DNA of 64,000 nt from an uncultured delta proteobacterium (GCA_963847445.1 CAWJZV010000046.1:64001-128000), one strand, 5' to 3'. Positions 1 to 10,519 are shown, counted from the first letter of the stretch. The notes: a model not told the origin generated them from the letters alone. Numbers and translations are program-made.

Positions 1-370
1 GCGAAGCGCGGCCATCGTTATATGCGGCAGTGTACCCCGCGCCGTACAAGGCGGCAGGGATAGCGCCAACGCCTATGAGGACGAGGAAAAACGCGCCGAG
101 CGCATCGAGCCGCAAAGCGAGGCCGCCTCCGAGCGGCAAAAGTTCAGGGACGGAAAGTGCAAACGAGGTGCCCGTGGCGATCACCGTTGCCCCAAGCACC
201 AGCCCCGCGCCGGCGCCGACGACCGCACCGAGCGCCACCAGCCATCGCCCGATCGACTTCCGGCCGCCCATCATTGCGGCGAGAGCGCCAAGCCCGTAGG
301 CTATGAGCATTAAGAAAAAGAAGCTTTGCATGAAGGTCAAGAAAAAATCCGCGAGTTGGGATTCAATCAT
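1..370 (-). CDS. Hydrogenase-4 component B (HyfB)/NuoL-like membrane subunit, N-terminal part; runs off the window edge
   Basis: Manual translation from ATG at 370, overlapping the upstream TGA: MIESQLADFFLTFMQSFFFLMLIAYGLGALAA...LALRLDALGAFFLVLIG...AALYGAGY. Hydrophobic, with the 'LRLDALGAFF' segment typical of antiporter-like subunits; follows a HycG-like gene. Confidence 0.75.
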   Translation of the reverse strand, partial: MIESQLADFFLTFMQSFFFLMLIAYGLGALAAMMGGRKSIGRWLVALGAVVGAGAGLVLGATVIATGTSFALSVPELLPLGGGLALRLDALGAFFLVLIGVGAIPAALYGAGYTAAYNDGRAS

Positions 371-882
371 TTTTTGTGCGGACGTCGATCAAGTGCCGCC
401 AAGATGCCGTTTAGAATATCGGTTGGCTCGGGCGGGCAGCCTAGGACAAACACGTCCACCGGAATAACTTGATCGACACTGCCGATGATCGCGTAGCTGC
501 CTTTGAAGACACCACAATGTTTCGCGCAATCTCCCACTGCTACCACGAGCTTCGGGGCGGGGGTCGCATCGTAGGTCTTAAGCAGCGGCACTTCCATGTT
601 TCGAGTCACCGGCCCAGTCACAAGCAGCATATCCGCATGGCGCGGCGAGGCCACAAAGTGAATTCCGAACCGCTCGCTATCGTAAACGGGGCCAGTGAGC
701 CCGCTGATTTCAATCTCACAGCCGTTGCACGAACCGGCATCCACTTCCCGAATGGCCAAGGCGCGGCCTAGATGACGCTGGATCTCGGCCGCCGTTTTTC
801 TAACTATTTCAACGAATTTATCCGAGCTGTCGCTCAGCGGCTCGGTCACAAGGCCGGTGCGGAGAATTTTCGAGAACAGCAC
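367..882 (-). CDS. NiFe-hydrogenase-4/Ehr small subunit (HycG/HyfI/NuoB family Fe-S protein)
   Basis: Motifs EVDAGSCNGCEIE, ASPRHAD, VGDCA, GCPP. Likely GTG start at 882 with GGAGGG RBS; the N-terminal part of the 367..1107 ORF belongs to a different gene. Confidence 0.9.
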   Translation of the reverse strand: MLFSKILRTGLVTEPLSDSSDKFVEIVRKTAAEIQRHLGRALAIREVDAGSCNGCEIEISGLTGPVYDSERFGIHFVASPRHADMLLVTGPVTRNMEVPLLKTYDATPAPKLVVAVGDCAKHCGVFKGSYAIIGSVDQVIPVDVFVLGCPPEPTDILNGILAALDRRPHKK

Positions 883-1107
883 TAGTCGCGTCCCTCCTTG
901 CGCAGTTCGCGCAGCATGGTTTGCGTATCTTTCAGGTGGTTTTCGAATATGAGGCGAGCAGTTTTGAGTAGATCTCCGACTAGAGGATCCCGGATTGCGT
1001 ACTTGACCGTCGTACCCGAGTTTTCGCGAGGCAACGATATTCTTGCCTCGTAGCACGGCAAGCTGCTGCGAGACTAACGGCTGGTCAACCTTGAGTTCGT
1101 CCTGCAT
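882..1107 (-). pseudogene. ArsR/SmtB-family regulator remnant (C-terminal half, one frameshift)
   Basis: MQDELKVDQPLVSQQLAVLRGKNIVASRKLG, then after a frame change TVKYAIRDPLVGDLLK...LRELRKEGRD*. Parallels the C-terminal half of the ArsR at 2966..3319; N-terminal helices not found. Confidence 0.65.
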
Positions 1108-1311
1108 AAACGATAAAGCTCCCCAATCCTAGAACTACCACCATGGGTTCGACCCTCCACAGGTCGCGTCTTAGTGATCTTGCCTCCCCAAGAGTTAAAC
1201 GGTACTGTTCCACAACTTAGTCCTCAACGTGAGATGACGTTCTTTAATAAAGTTCTTCCCTACGAACAAACTTTTCAGTCAAAGCGTCGGCAAGCCATTC
1301 GCCACAGCTCC

Positions 1312-1647
1312 CTATAGACCGGTAGCTCCTTTAGACTTCAGGTATAGTATTAGCTCTTTATTTAGCCCCTTGGACTCTGAAAAATCAGCTCCGGTTGCTA
1401 TCGCGCCACCGAACACGGTGCCCCTCAGATTTGCTTTTTTGAAGCTGGTGTTGATCAGCATTGTGTCGGATAAATCGGCGTTCGTTAGATCGCTCGCCGC
1501 GAGTTTTCCATAGTTTAACCGGCAACCCTTAAGATTGGCCTGTCTAAGGTCTAAGTTGGAGAGGTCCATGCCGGTGAGATAAAGGTTTCTGAGATCGACA
1601 CCGGCCAGGCTTTCGTGTTTTTCAATTTTTTGTAGAATACGTTTCAT
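1312..1647 (-). CDS. Pentapeptide-repeat protein
   Basis: Tandem A(D/N)Lxx-type repeats (LDLRQ ANLKG, SDLTN ADLSD, ANLRG). Confidence 0.85.
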   Translation of the reverse strand: MKRILQKIEKHESLAGVDLRNLYLTGMDLSNLDLRQANLKGCRLNYGKLAASDLTNADLSDTMLINTSFKKANLRGTVFGGAIATGADFSESKGLNKELILYLKSKGATGL

Positions 1648-1681
1648 CTCGTTATCTCCCTGCCATCGGTTATTCCGATGT

Positions 1682-2278
1682 CTATGTCGTTGGCGCAGCC
1701 TTTACGACGAAATGCGCGCGCCGATTCTTTGCCCAGCACGCCTCATTTTGCTCCTTGCACAGAGAAAGCTCTTCACCGTAGCTGATTGTCGTCAGCGTAG
1801 CCGGCGAAGTTCCCAGATCGATGAGATAACGCTTCACGCTTTCTGCTCTCTTCGCTCCCAAAGCAAGGTTATACTCACTGGTTCCACGCTCGTCGCAGTG
1901 TCCTTCAATCTGGACTGTGGCTAGAGAATTCGCCTTAAGCCACGCCGCATGACCCTTAAGGATATCCCTGGCTGCTGGACTAAGATCGGAACGATCGAAG
2001 TCAAAGTTGACGTCACGAAGAGGACCTTCGTCAACACCTTTGCCCAAAGTTCCCTTCTGAAGAGCCTCGAGACTTGAGACTTGTGCAGGCTTAGAAGGCG
2101 CCGACGAAGGTGGTTTCTGCGCGGCTGCAACTTTCTGCGGCACGGCTGCCTCTGACGGTTTCGATGCCGTCTGCTGAGAACAACCGACCAAGAGAAATAG
2201 CGCTATGAAAAAAAGGTAAAACCCAGTGAAAGGGTGGGTGCTCTCACTATGATTTGTGTACATTCGATCTACCTCCAT
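1682..2278 (-). CDS. pal: Peptidoglycan-associated lipoprotein (OmpA/Pal family)
   Basis: Lipobox LVGC; motifs VNFDFD, IEGHCDERGTSEYNLALGAKRA, ISYGEE, KNRRAHF. Not inside a tol operon here. Confidence 0.85.
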   Translation of the reverse strand: MEVDRMYTNHSESTHPFTGFYLFFIALFLLVGCSQQTASKPSEAAVPQKVAAAQKPPSSAPSKPAQVSSLEALQKGTLGKGVDEGPLRDVNFDFDRSDLSPAARDILKGHAAWLKANSLATVQIEGHCDERGTSEYNLALGAKRAESVKRYLIDLGTSPATLTTISYGEELSLCKEQNEACWAKNRRAHFVVKAAPTT

Positions 2279-2378
2279 TTTAGACTGTCCCTTTCCTGAT
2301 GTCCGACCTCGCGGTGATTAACCAAACGCTTTTCCTGTTCTCTATCCGTTCCGCTTGCATTGCTGACACTAGCTGCTC

Positions 2379-2836
2379 CTAAAGAGAATCTGCTAGATGA
2401 GGGCGTTTTTCTCCGGGCGATTCAGTTCCCAAAATCTTTTTCCCACCCGACGGAAATTTTGCTTCATCCGCAAACAGCGCCACGGCCTGTAAGGTTTCTC
2501 TAATGGTCTGTCGCTTCGCTGGAAGAACGACAAAAGCCGTAGCCTTTTCTTTCACGGCTCTAACGAGGGTCGGCTTCGCGATGAGGGAAATGACTGCGAC
2601 GACAGGCACTGTCCCGGCCATTGCCAGGCATTCATCCAATATGACACGTCTCTTTAGGGTAGCGTAGGAAAAATAATGATGACGTGCGGCTTGTATAACG
2701 GAAATACGCCCCTGGCGCGGTGAGGCGATTCGAGGGCCGCAACCTCATAACCTTCGCCTCTCAACATCGCGAAAAGCTCAATGTCTGGCTGTTCACCAAT
2801 CAATAAGACTCTTTTTTTCTCCCGTGGCATTGTCAT
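2379..2836 (-). CDS. Atypical receiver (CheY-like) domain protein, split by frameshift(s)
   Basis: ORFs 2654..2932 and 2379..2639 join into KKRVLLIGE...LRGEGYEV...KPHVIIIF...VPVVAVIS...AVKEKATAFVVLP. REC secondary-structure pattern, but no phosphoacceptor Asp or KP motif. Confidence 0.5.
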
Positions 2837-2965
2837 CTTCTTTGCTCCCTCCGTCGGTTTAAGAGCTGTGCCGTGTTTTTTCGGATAGTCGGGTGAGTGA
2901 TCAGCCGTTCCAACGGCCAGAAAACCTTCCACTTGTTTTTCTCGTACGACCAGAGCTGTTGACAG

Positions 2966-3319
2966 TTATGGTCGGTTGCGCTGCTCGTCCTTATCAAGGA
3001 GGTCGATTTGTTGGAGCATCGACATGGCCTCCTCGACATGGGCTTGAAAATATCGCCGCATGATATCGAGCACCTCGATTAGCAGCGGGTCGCGGACGGA
3101 ATAAAAAACCTGGTTGCCTTCCTTACGACTGCTAACGATCTGTTTTGCCCTCAAGATCGAAAAATGTTGTGAGGCGTTTGCTTGTTCGATTCCCAATCGC
3201 TCGATGATGGCTCCGGCGGGAAGTTCGCCGTTCCGAAGAACCTCAACAATCGCAATCCGAGTAGGATGTGCTAGCGCTTGAAAGATGTTGGCTTTAAATT
3301 GCCGAAGATTGTCAGGCAT
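2966..3319 (-). CDS. ArsR/SmtB-family transcriptional regulator
   Basis: FQALAHPTRIAI...SQHFSILR...RKEGNQVFYS winged-HTH signature. Confidence 0.9.
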   Translation of the reverse strand: MPDNLRQFKANIFQALAHPTRIAIVEVLRNGELPAGAIIERLGIEQANASQHFSILRAKQIVSSRKEGNQVFYSVRDPLLIEVLDIMRRYFQAHVEEAMSMLQQIDLLDKDEQRNRP

Positions 3320-3369
3320 ATGGCTACTTTTCAGTAGTGACGTTCTCACAGCATGTCATAATATTATTA

Positions 3370-3395
3370 TATTCGCAATATCTTATATACGAATA
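3370..3395. promoter_or_regulatory. Candidate ArsR operator (inverted repeat)
   Basis: TATTCG-N14-CGAATA in an AT-rich stretch about 50 nt upstream of the ArsR start. Confidence 0.3.
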
Positions 3396-3479
3396 CACAG
3401 AAATAGCTTCTAGACACGAGCCTGGCACGAAAATCAGCGTAACTAATTAAAAAACTTAAACTTTTGCAGAATGAAAGCT

Positions 3480-3713
3480 TTACTTGGCGAAATCGACCCC
3501 AAAGCCATAGGTGCCAAGGGCGGGGCAGGGTTTGCGCGCCATGGTTATAATCGTGTCGTGGTAATCTTCTTCAGTGGTAACGGTGTCTTTCATCCGCAGT
3601 TTTTTCATGAGCCGATAGGATGTTGCACTTTGGTTTATTGGCGCCATCAGATAGGCCAAGCTTTCGAGCAGGGCTTTGAGCATGTTCTCGATCACCGGCG
3701 CCTGGTCAGTCAT
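3480..3713 (-). pseudogene. C-terminal fragment of an NMT1/SsuA-like solute-binding protein
   Basis: VIENMLKALLESLAYL...LMKKLRMKD...EEDYHD...RKPCP aligns by eye with IENVIKGLLDGVAFI...LAKGLRLKR...DEGYQN...RKIYP of the protein at 7013..8015. Confidence 0.55.
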
Positions 3714-5319
3714 CGGAGCTCGACGATGACACCTTCATCGCTGCGCAATTGGATCTCGTCGCCAAGTTGCTCCTGGCTCCGGTCGAGATGAGTTGAAAGC
3801 AGTAACACGGCCTGTGCGTCGAGAGTGCTCAGGTCGAAGTTACGCGCGTGCGGCACGAAGTTGAGGACGATCAAAAGTCGGCGATCACCGGACTTGCGCA
3901 CGTAGGCCATCACGTTATCGATGACCGGGAGCGAGGCGAATGCGCCGACGGACAAGGCTGGCTCGGCGCGGCGCAGCTCGATGAGGCGGTGATAAAGCGT
4001 GAGAATCGAGTTGGGTTGATCGCGCAACGCGCCGACGTTGATGGTTTTGCAGTCATCGGCGAGCGGCAGCCAGGGCGAGCCGGTCGTAAAGCCGGCGCAA
4101 TCGCCGCCGGTCCATTGCATCGGAGTGCGCACTGGATCGCGACCGAGGCCTAGGCCGGGAACGTTCTTTCTCGAAAGGATCGCGCACCTGATCCGGCGCA
4201 ATCGACACATCGTGCATGCCGAGTCTCATCGCCGTAGTAGATCGTCGGCGTGCCGCGCAAAGTCAGCAGCAGCATCGCCGCCACGCGCGCTTGCGCGGCG
4301 CCGACCCGGGTGGCGATGCGCGGCTTGTCGTGATTGCCGAGCACCCAGTTGGGCCAGGCATACGACGGCAGCATCGCTTCGTAGCGCTCGACCGCGGCGG
4401 CAACATCTATTGCGTTCCAGGACAAGCGAATCAGTTGAAAATTGAATGGCAGGTGCGCTCCCTTGCCGCTTGCGCCGTAGTAGGCCATCAGCCGTTCCAG
4501 CGGAAGATAGATCTCGCCGACTAACATGCGATCGTCGTATTCGTCGATCACCGCGCGCATCATGGCGACGATTTCTTGCACTTCCGGGCAGATCCGCCGT
4601 GTACGTCGTGAGCAGCTCGCGATACGGGCGACATGCCTGGGCGGAAATCCGGGTTGGGCGGATTGTCGCGGTACTAGCGTGTCTTTCGCGAGATGGTGCA
4701 TGACGTCGACGCGAAAGCCATCGACGCCGCGATTGAGCCAAAAGCGCAGCACGTCGAGCATCGCTTGCCGCACTTCGACATTGCGCCAGTTGAGATCGGG
4801 CTGCTCTTTGAGGAACGCGTGATAAAAATATTGCTCAGTTGCTTCGTCCCATGTCCAGGCCGCGCCACCGAAGTTGGAGCGCCAGTTGTTCGGCGGCCCG
4901 CCCTCCGGAGCGGCATCGCGCCAGATATACCAGTCGCGTTTCGCGCTGGAGCGCGACGATTTCGCTTCGATGAACCAGGGATGGCGATCCGAAGTATGAT
5001 TGGGAACGTAGTCGAGCAACAGCTTCATGCCGCGGGCGTGCACCTCGGCCAGCAACGCGTCGAAGTCTGCCAGCGAGCCGAAAATCGCATCGATATCGGT
5101 GTAGTCGCTGACGTCGTAGCCGAAATCGGCCATGGGCGAGGGATAGATCGGCGAAATCCAGATCGCGTCTACGCCGAGCCATTGCAGGTAGTCGAGCTTC
5201 TGGCGAATCCCGGCCAGATCGCCGATGCCGTCGCCGTTGCTGTCCATAAACGAGCGCGGATAGATTTGGTAAACGATGCCGCGCTCCCACCAGTGAAATG
5301 ACTGTTCGGTTGAGTTCAT
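3710..5319 (-). CDS. GH13 alpha-glucosidase/alpha-amylase family hydrolase (frameshifted in this assembly)
   Basis: YQIYPRSF, DSNGDGIGDL, YVPNHTS, DGFRVDV, VGEIY, GNHD, GTPTIYYGDE; C-terminal RDPVRTPMQW in ORF 3710..4210. Confidence 0.9.
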
Positions 5320-5873
5320 TTAGGCTTGACACTCGCTGAAGTAAAAGTTGGCAATGGGTCATATGGAAGTTCTGGTCGGTTCTCTCTTTTTGACAATCCA
5401 GATGCAGAATGCGCGAAAGATCTTGTTCAGATTCCAGTATATACGGTCCGCTGCGAGAAAAAGGCGCTCTTATTTAGTTTGTCTGAATGTAGCGGTAGTC
5501 GGCAAAGGAAGACGACTCGAAGTTTGTCGACTCAGTAGCACGAGAGACGACGACATTACAACCCGATTATCGCCGGCGTGATCCCGGTGGTAAGTAGATA
5601 TCGCGCTATTGCTCGCCAGACACTTTAAGCGATCGCTCAAACCGTCGGGATTAGGGATTGGAGTCGCCAGCTCGATGGCGACGGGTACCTGCGAAAGCTC
5701 GGGGAGGGCTTTGAGCACGGCTTGCAGGACGATATTTGCCCGCCGTGCAAGCTGTCAAGGATGATTTGTTAAGAGCCATGATTTGCTGGTGCGCCAAACC
5801 TGAGGTGTGTTAAACGATAAGGGAGTCGAGCTGGACCGCGCATCTATTAAGTAAGCCAGGAGGTGATCCTGCC

Positions 5874-6930
5874 ATGAGGACGACTATCTCTATCGGTTTT
5901 GTTTTTTTTCGCCTTACGGACGGCGCCAGCTGATGTGGACGCCGCTGAAACCGCGTATTTCCAAGGCAAGACGATCACGCTTCAGGTTGGCGCCCCGGCT
6001 GGCGGCAGGCAGGATCGCATCGCGCGAACTTTGACCAAGTACCTGGCGAAGTATACGCCGGGTAATCCAACCTTTCTGATTCAAAACAAAACCGGCGGGC
6101 AGGGCATCCCGGCGATGCTGGCGCTCAGCAAGGGAGCGACGGACGGCAGTTTCCTGTCGATGGTGATTTCGTCGTATTTGGAGGCTCCTTACTTCGGCGC
6201 GCCGGGCGCTACTTACGATCCGCGCACCTTCGTGTACGTCGGCGCGCCCAGCACCGGCAAACAGCGCAACGTGCTATTTCTCCATCAGCGCGCGGGTATC
6301 AAAACTCTGGACGAGCTGCGCAAGCGCGAGGTCACGCTCGGGGCTCAGGGCGTCGGCAACCGCAGTTATCTTTACGCCCGGCTGATCGCCGATCTACTGG
6401 GCCTGAAAGTTCGCTGGGTCTTGGGCTATGACAGCTTGCAGCTCTACGTCGCCTTGGAGCAGGGCGAAATTCAGGGACGGGTGAACGACGCGGCCTCGAT
6501 GATGACCGATCGTCCGGAGTTGTTTGCCAAGCGCGAGGTGGTTGCGCTGGTGGCCATGACTCTGCCCGAAGAGTTGCCGCCGATGAAACATGCGATCTTC
6601 GATGGCGTGCCGTCGATCATGCAGTTCGCCAAGACCGACGTGCAAAGAAATATCATTCGCAAGATCAACTCCACGGACCGGTTGGGTGCCGCCATGGCCT
6701 TCCCGCCGGGAACTCCCGAGTCGATTCGCAAGATCCTGGAAGAGGCGTTGCTCAAAGTCGGCAACGACCCGGCGTTTCGCAAAGACTGGGAAGACGTGGT
6801 GCTCGAGGGCAACCCGTTTGAGCAGATGTTTAATGGCAAAGAAGTTTTCGAAGACGTGAAACAGTACACCGATTGGCGGCCGGAAATCATCAGTATGTAT
6901 AAACGGCTGGCCCATGAAGCTCCTAAGTAA
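5874..6930 (+). CDS. TctC/Bug-like tripartite tricarboxylate transporter substrate-binding protein (orphan)
   Basis: YFQGKTITLQVGAPAGG, NKTGGQG, ALEQGEIQG, PPGTP. ATG at 5874 after AGGAGG; indel in a T-run within the signal peptide. Confidence 0.8.
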
Positions 6931-7012
6931 CCAACGATAGTACAAACGTCTGCGGCCCTGTCTGCTTTGGCGCGGGTTAAATCTGCGCTAAGCCATTTTC
7001 AGGAGAATTCAT

Positions 7013-8015
7013 GTGAAGTGCTTATTGGCTGGCTCGCTATCGTTTTCGCTCGCATTGCTTGTATGTTCATTGCGCCCGGGCCGATGCCGCGGCGCCACTG
7101 ACGAAAGTGCTCCTTACCACCGGTTCGTCGAGCGAGCGGGAAGGTGCGCTGTATGTCGCCCAGGACCTAGGTTACTTCCGTAAGTATGGTCTCGACGTTA
7201 CCCTGGTGCAGGTGCGCAACGGCCCGGTCGGCATGGCGGCGCTCAGTTCCGGCGAGTCGCTACTCCATTGGGGCTCGGTGTCGGCGGCGAATCTCGGCGC
7301 GATCGCCGAGGGCGCCGACTTAGTTTTCGTCGCCGGCTTCATCAATCGCTTGACCGGCGCCTTTGCGGCTAATCCAAAGATCAAGACGCCGGCAGAGTTG
7401 AAGGGGCGAAGCGTCGGCGTCAACAGCTTGAGCGGCGGCACTTGGATCTTTACCATGCTCGCCCTCGATCACTGGGGGCTGGTGCCGGAGCGGGACAAGA
7501 TTCAAGTCCGCGCGCTGGGCGACAATTCGGTGGTCTCGCAGGCGCTTCTCGCCGGCAATGTCGACGCTGCTTATCTGAGCTACACCTACGCCAAGATCGT
7601 CCAGAACAAGGGCTTCCGCGTGCTTGCCGATTTGGAGAAATTGCCCATCGCCTACCAGGGCACCGGTATCATCACAAGACGAAGCACCATCGCTTCCGCA
7701 TCGTCGTCTACGGCGATTGAAAACGTCATCAAAGGATTGCTCGACGGCGTCGCCTTCATTCGCAATCCGGAAAATAAGCCGCAGGTCATCAAGAGCTTGG
7801 CCAAAGGTCTGCGGCTCAAACGCATCGAAGACGCCGACGAAGGCTATCAAAACATGCTCGGCATCTACGAAAGAAAAATTTATCCCAATGCTGACGGCGT
7901 GCGCAACGTCATCCGCCTGCTCGGCGCCGGCAACGAAAAGATCCGCCGCCTCAAGGCCGAGGAATTGGTCGACGATAGCGTGGTGAAAAGGTTGGAAAAG
8001 GATGGGCGGTTCTAA
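7013..8015 (+). CDS. NMT1/THI5/SsuA-like ABC substrate-binding protein (orphan)
   Basis: AQDLGYFRKYGLDV, ELKGRSVG, ALLAGNVDA; signal peptide with a probable indel. Confidence 0.85.
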
Positions 8016-8043
8016 ATGCAAGATTCGCAATCGGACAATTAAT

Positions 8044-8162
8044 CGCAAAGGGCGCAAAGAACGCAAAATTCGGAAAGGACAGCTCACCACGAAGGACACG
8101 AAGAGCACGAAGGAGGAGACTTAACTTCCGAACCTTCGTGTCCTTCGTGCCTTCGTGGTGAA
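8044..8162. repeat. Composite intergenic repeat: 3x CGCAAAGnn arm plus CACGAAG inverted-arm element
   Basis: CGCAAAGGG CGCAAAGAA CGCAAAA (8044-8068); TCACCACGAAGGACACGAAGAGCACGAAG (8084-8112) with inverted CTTCGTGTCCTTCGTGCCTTCGTGGTGA (8134-8161). Confidence 0.9.
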
Positions 8163-8228
8163 GACATCTTCACAGTAAACGCGGAAGAACCGTTATTATT
8201 GCCGCAGTGCCGCATAGCGAACTCATTA

Positions 8229-9056
8229 TCACCTCGCTTTCACAGGATCGACTTTGCGGGTTTCGCACGTGCCGGGGAACAAGCCATGGTTGGAGAGGAA
8301 CTCGATCATGAAGCGATTGAACAGCCAAGGCTGCTCGATCTGACAGGCGTGGCCGGCGCCTGGTAGGACTTTCAACTCGCAGTTGGGAACCCGGGCTTGG
8401 AGCGCGAAGGAGCTCGGATGGCTGCCGTCTTCGCTGCCGGTGAGGATGATCATCGGGCAGGCGATGCGCTCGTGATGGCCTTCGGGGTAGGGCTGGGCGA
8501 GAGCGCGAAACTGGTGAATGATCGTCTCGGCATCGGCATATTCGTTGCGCTCGCTGAACATGTTGGCGAAGAAGTGCGCCATCGGAGTTATGCGGAACGC
8601 CGCGCTCATGTCTTCAAAGGTGTAGCGCCAGCGATAACCGATGCCTTCGGCGGTATAATTATCGATGCGTTTCTTGGTGAATTCCTTCGTCGGGTTGTAG
8701 CCGGTGCCGCATAGCACGAGCGCCGCGGTTTTGTCCGGCCGCTGGTGGTACATGAATGGCGCGATCGACGAGCCCACCGAGCAGCCCGCCAGGATCGCTT
8801 TCTCGCCGGGTGCCACCTCGTCGATCGCTTCCCAGCAGGCCTGCGCCATGTCGTCCATGGTCAGCCCGGCGTCGGCCTTGGGCGAGCGGCCATATCCCGG
8901 AATATCGATGGCGATGCAGCGGTACCAAGTCGACAAATGCGCCATCTGGTAAATCCAGCAGGACTGATCCATCGGGTTGGGATGGACGAAAGCGATCACC
9001 GGTCCGGTGCGTCCCATCCGTTCGTAATAAAGCGGTCCGTGAATATGTGGGGCCAT
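8229..9056 (-). CDS. Alpha/beta hydrolase
   Basis: DIPGYGRS, nucleophile elbow GCSVG, GSEDG, GAGH. Start at MAPHIHGP. Confidence 0.9.
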   Translation of the reverse strand: MAPHIHGPLYYERMGRTGPVIAFVHPNPMDQSCWIYQMAHLSTWYRCIAIDIPGYGRSPKADAGLTMDDMAQACWEAIDEVAPGEKAILAGCSVGSSIAPFMYHQRPDKTAALVLCGTGYNPTKEFTKKRIDNYTAEGIGYRWRYTFEDMSAAFRITPMAHFFANMFSERNEYADAETIIHQFRALAQPYPEGHHERIACPMIILTGSEDGSHPSSFALQARVPNCELKVLPGAGHACQIEQPWLFNRFMIEFLSNHGLFPGTCETRKVDPVKAR

Positions 9057-9097
9057 AAAAGTCTCCCGTAAGTGCGCAAGAGAAATACTTGCGAGGA

Positions 9098-9259
9098 AAA
9101 TCCGAAATCCTAATATCGAAGTTCGAAACAAACTAAGAGGCAAATAAATCTCAAATTGGAAAATCCAAAACATCGAGTCCGGATTAAGCTCGCTTCGAAT
9201 TTGCCTTGTTTGGGTTATTCGAATTTGTTTCGAATTTCGATATTCGTGCTTAGAGTTTT
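9098..9259. repeat. Inverted 7-mer tandem arms (AAATCCG-type)
   Basis: AAATCCG AAATCCT AATATCG AAGTTCG AAACAAA ... TTTGTTTCG AATTTCG ATATTCG TGCTTAG AGTTT. Confidence 0.8.
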
Positions 9260-9267
9260 CTGTTCGC

Positions 9268-10344
9268 CTAGACGTTGAATGGATTGTCCTTGCCCAACCC
9301 CTTCATCAAGTCGGGCTGGTCGCCCTTGTTCAACGACTGGGCCAGTTCGAGCAGGTAATCTTCCTGTTCGATCGCTTCGTATCGCGCCATCGAGTTGTCA
9401 GGCGCCAGCGGCTTGCCGCCGATGAAGTGAAATGAATGGCAGTCCCAGTCGTAGAATTCATCGCCGCGGCTGCAGATTTCCTTCCAGCGGATTCCCACCG
9501 GGCTGCGATGCAGACCGGTGCGCGCCGGTAGCGCTTCTTGTTCTTCGAGGCTGAGATTGAGATCGGCTTTGTAAGCTTTCTCTTCGGGAATACCCTCCCA
9601 CATGCGCCGGTAGTCGGGCAGAAACTCTTCCTGGCGAACCGTCAGCGCGGTGTGCATGTCCCACCAGGTGCCATGGCCGGAGACGCGCTCGTCGACTTTG
9701 TCCACCAACTTGTAAACCAGGCGGCCGCCGGCGCGCAGACGCAGGACCAACGTGCCTTCGGCGGTCCTGGAGTTTTGTTCCGCTTCGATGCCGCAGTATT
9801 TTGCAAAGAACGCGGCATTTTTCGCCAAGTCGCGCGCGCCGAAGACGGCGTGGCTGATGCGCCCGACACCTTCTTCCGTGGCGATGTCCATTGCGCCCTC
9901 GGGCATTTCTACCGGCGCCCAGAACTCGTATTGATTGCCGTCCGGGTCGGCAAAATAGATCACCGTGCCGTCGTCGCCATCGGCGGCGGTATGGATCGCA
10001 TCGGTGTGCGGAACTTTGTGGCGGTCGAGCCGGCGCAAGTGTTTGTCAATGTCCTCGGGCCGGATGTAAAAGCCGCAGCGCGGCAGATCCTTGCCCAGCT
10101 CCTTTGCCGGCGGATAAAACTCGGGCTGGAGAAATGCGCCGATGCGGCAGGAGCCGCCGTCCCACCAAAGGAAGCTGGTGATTTTGATATTTCGTTTGCG
10201 CGCGGCGGTGGTGAGGCCAATGATCGGCTGCCGGGTGATGCCAGTGGAGTTCACCGCCCAATCGACCCAGGCGCTCATGTTATTGGTGCCGACGACAAAG
10301 TGATCGATCCAATGGACCGCTCCGCGGGGTTCGACGCTGTTCAT
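9268..10344 (-). CDS. Two-domain VOC (glyoxalase/extradiol dioxygenase-like) protein
   Basis: IDHFVV, IYFADPDGNQYEF, GRISHAVF, HTALTV, FYDWDCH; GGAGGT RBS. Confidence 0.75.
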   Translation of the reverse strand: MNSVEPRGAVHWIDHFVVGTNNMSAWVDWAVNSTGITRQPIIGLTTAARKRNIKITSFLWWDGGSCRIGAFLQPEFYPPAKELGKDLPRCGFYIRPEDIDKHLRRLDRHKVPHTDAIHTAADGDDGTVIYFADPDGNQYEFWAPVEMPEGAMDIATEEGVGRISHAVFGARDLAKNAAFFAKYCGIEAEQNSRTAEGTLVLRLRAGGRLVYKLVDKVDERVSGHGTWWDMHTALTVRQEEFLPDYRRMWEGIPEEKAYKADLNLSLEEQEALPARTGLHRSPVGIRWKEICSRGDEFYDWDCHSFHFIGGKPLAPDNSMARYEAIEQEDYLLELAQSLNKGDQPDLMKGLGKDNPFNV

Positions 10345-10376
10345 AGTAAATACCTCCATGTCCAAGTGTTAAGTGG

Positions 10377-10448
10377 GTTCAAAACGTTCAAGCCGTTCAA
10401 GCCGTCCAAAAGGTTCCAGGGGTTCCAGTCGTTCCAATTGTTCCAGCA
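10377..10448 (+). repeat. Eight tandem degenerate 9-mers GTTC(A/C)Annn
   Basis: GTTCAAAAC GTTCAAGCC GTTCAAGCC GTCCAAAAG GTTCCAGGG GTTCCAGTC GTTCCAATT GTTCCAGCA. Confidence 0.9.
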
Positions 10449-10519
10449 CTTGTTTCCGGGGCGAGCTGTACCAACGGGGTGTGTTGGTGTCAAGCCGAAT
10501 TTCATGCTGGGTTACGACC

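Noticed and set aside
367-1107. ArsR-hydrogenase small subunit fusion protein
   Set aside because: Artefact of an indel in the ArsR remnant; the small subunit has its own RBS and GTG start at 882.
3422-3440. TGGCACG as a sigma54 promoter
   Set aside because: The GC is not at the required spacing and the motif points away from the nearby gene.
10377-10448. Tandem arrays as a CRISPR array
   Set aside because: Units are 7-9 nt with no 25-40 nt unique spacers, and there are no cas genes.
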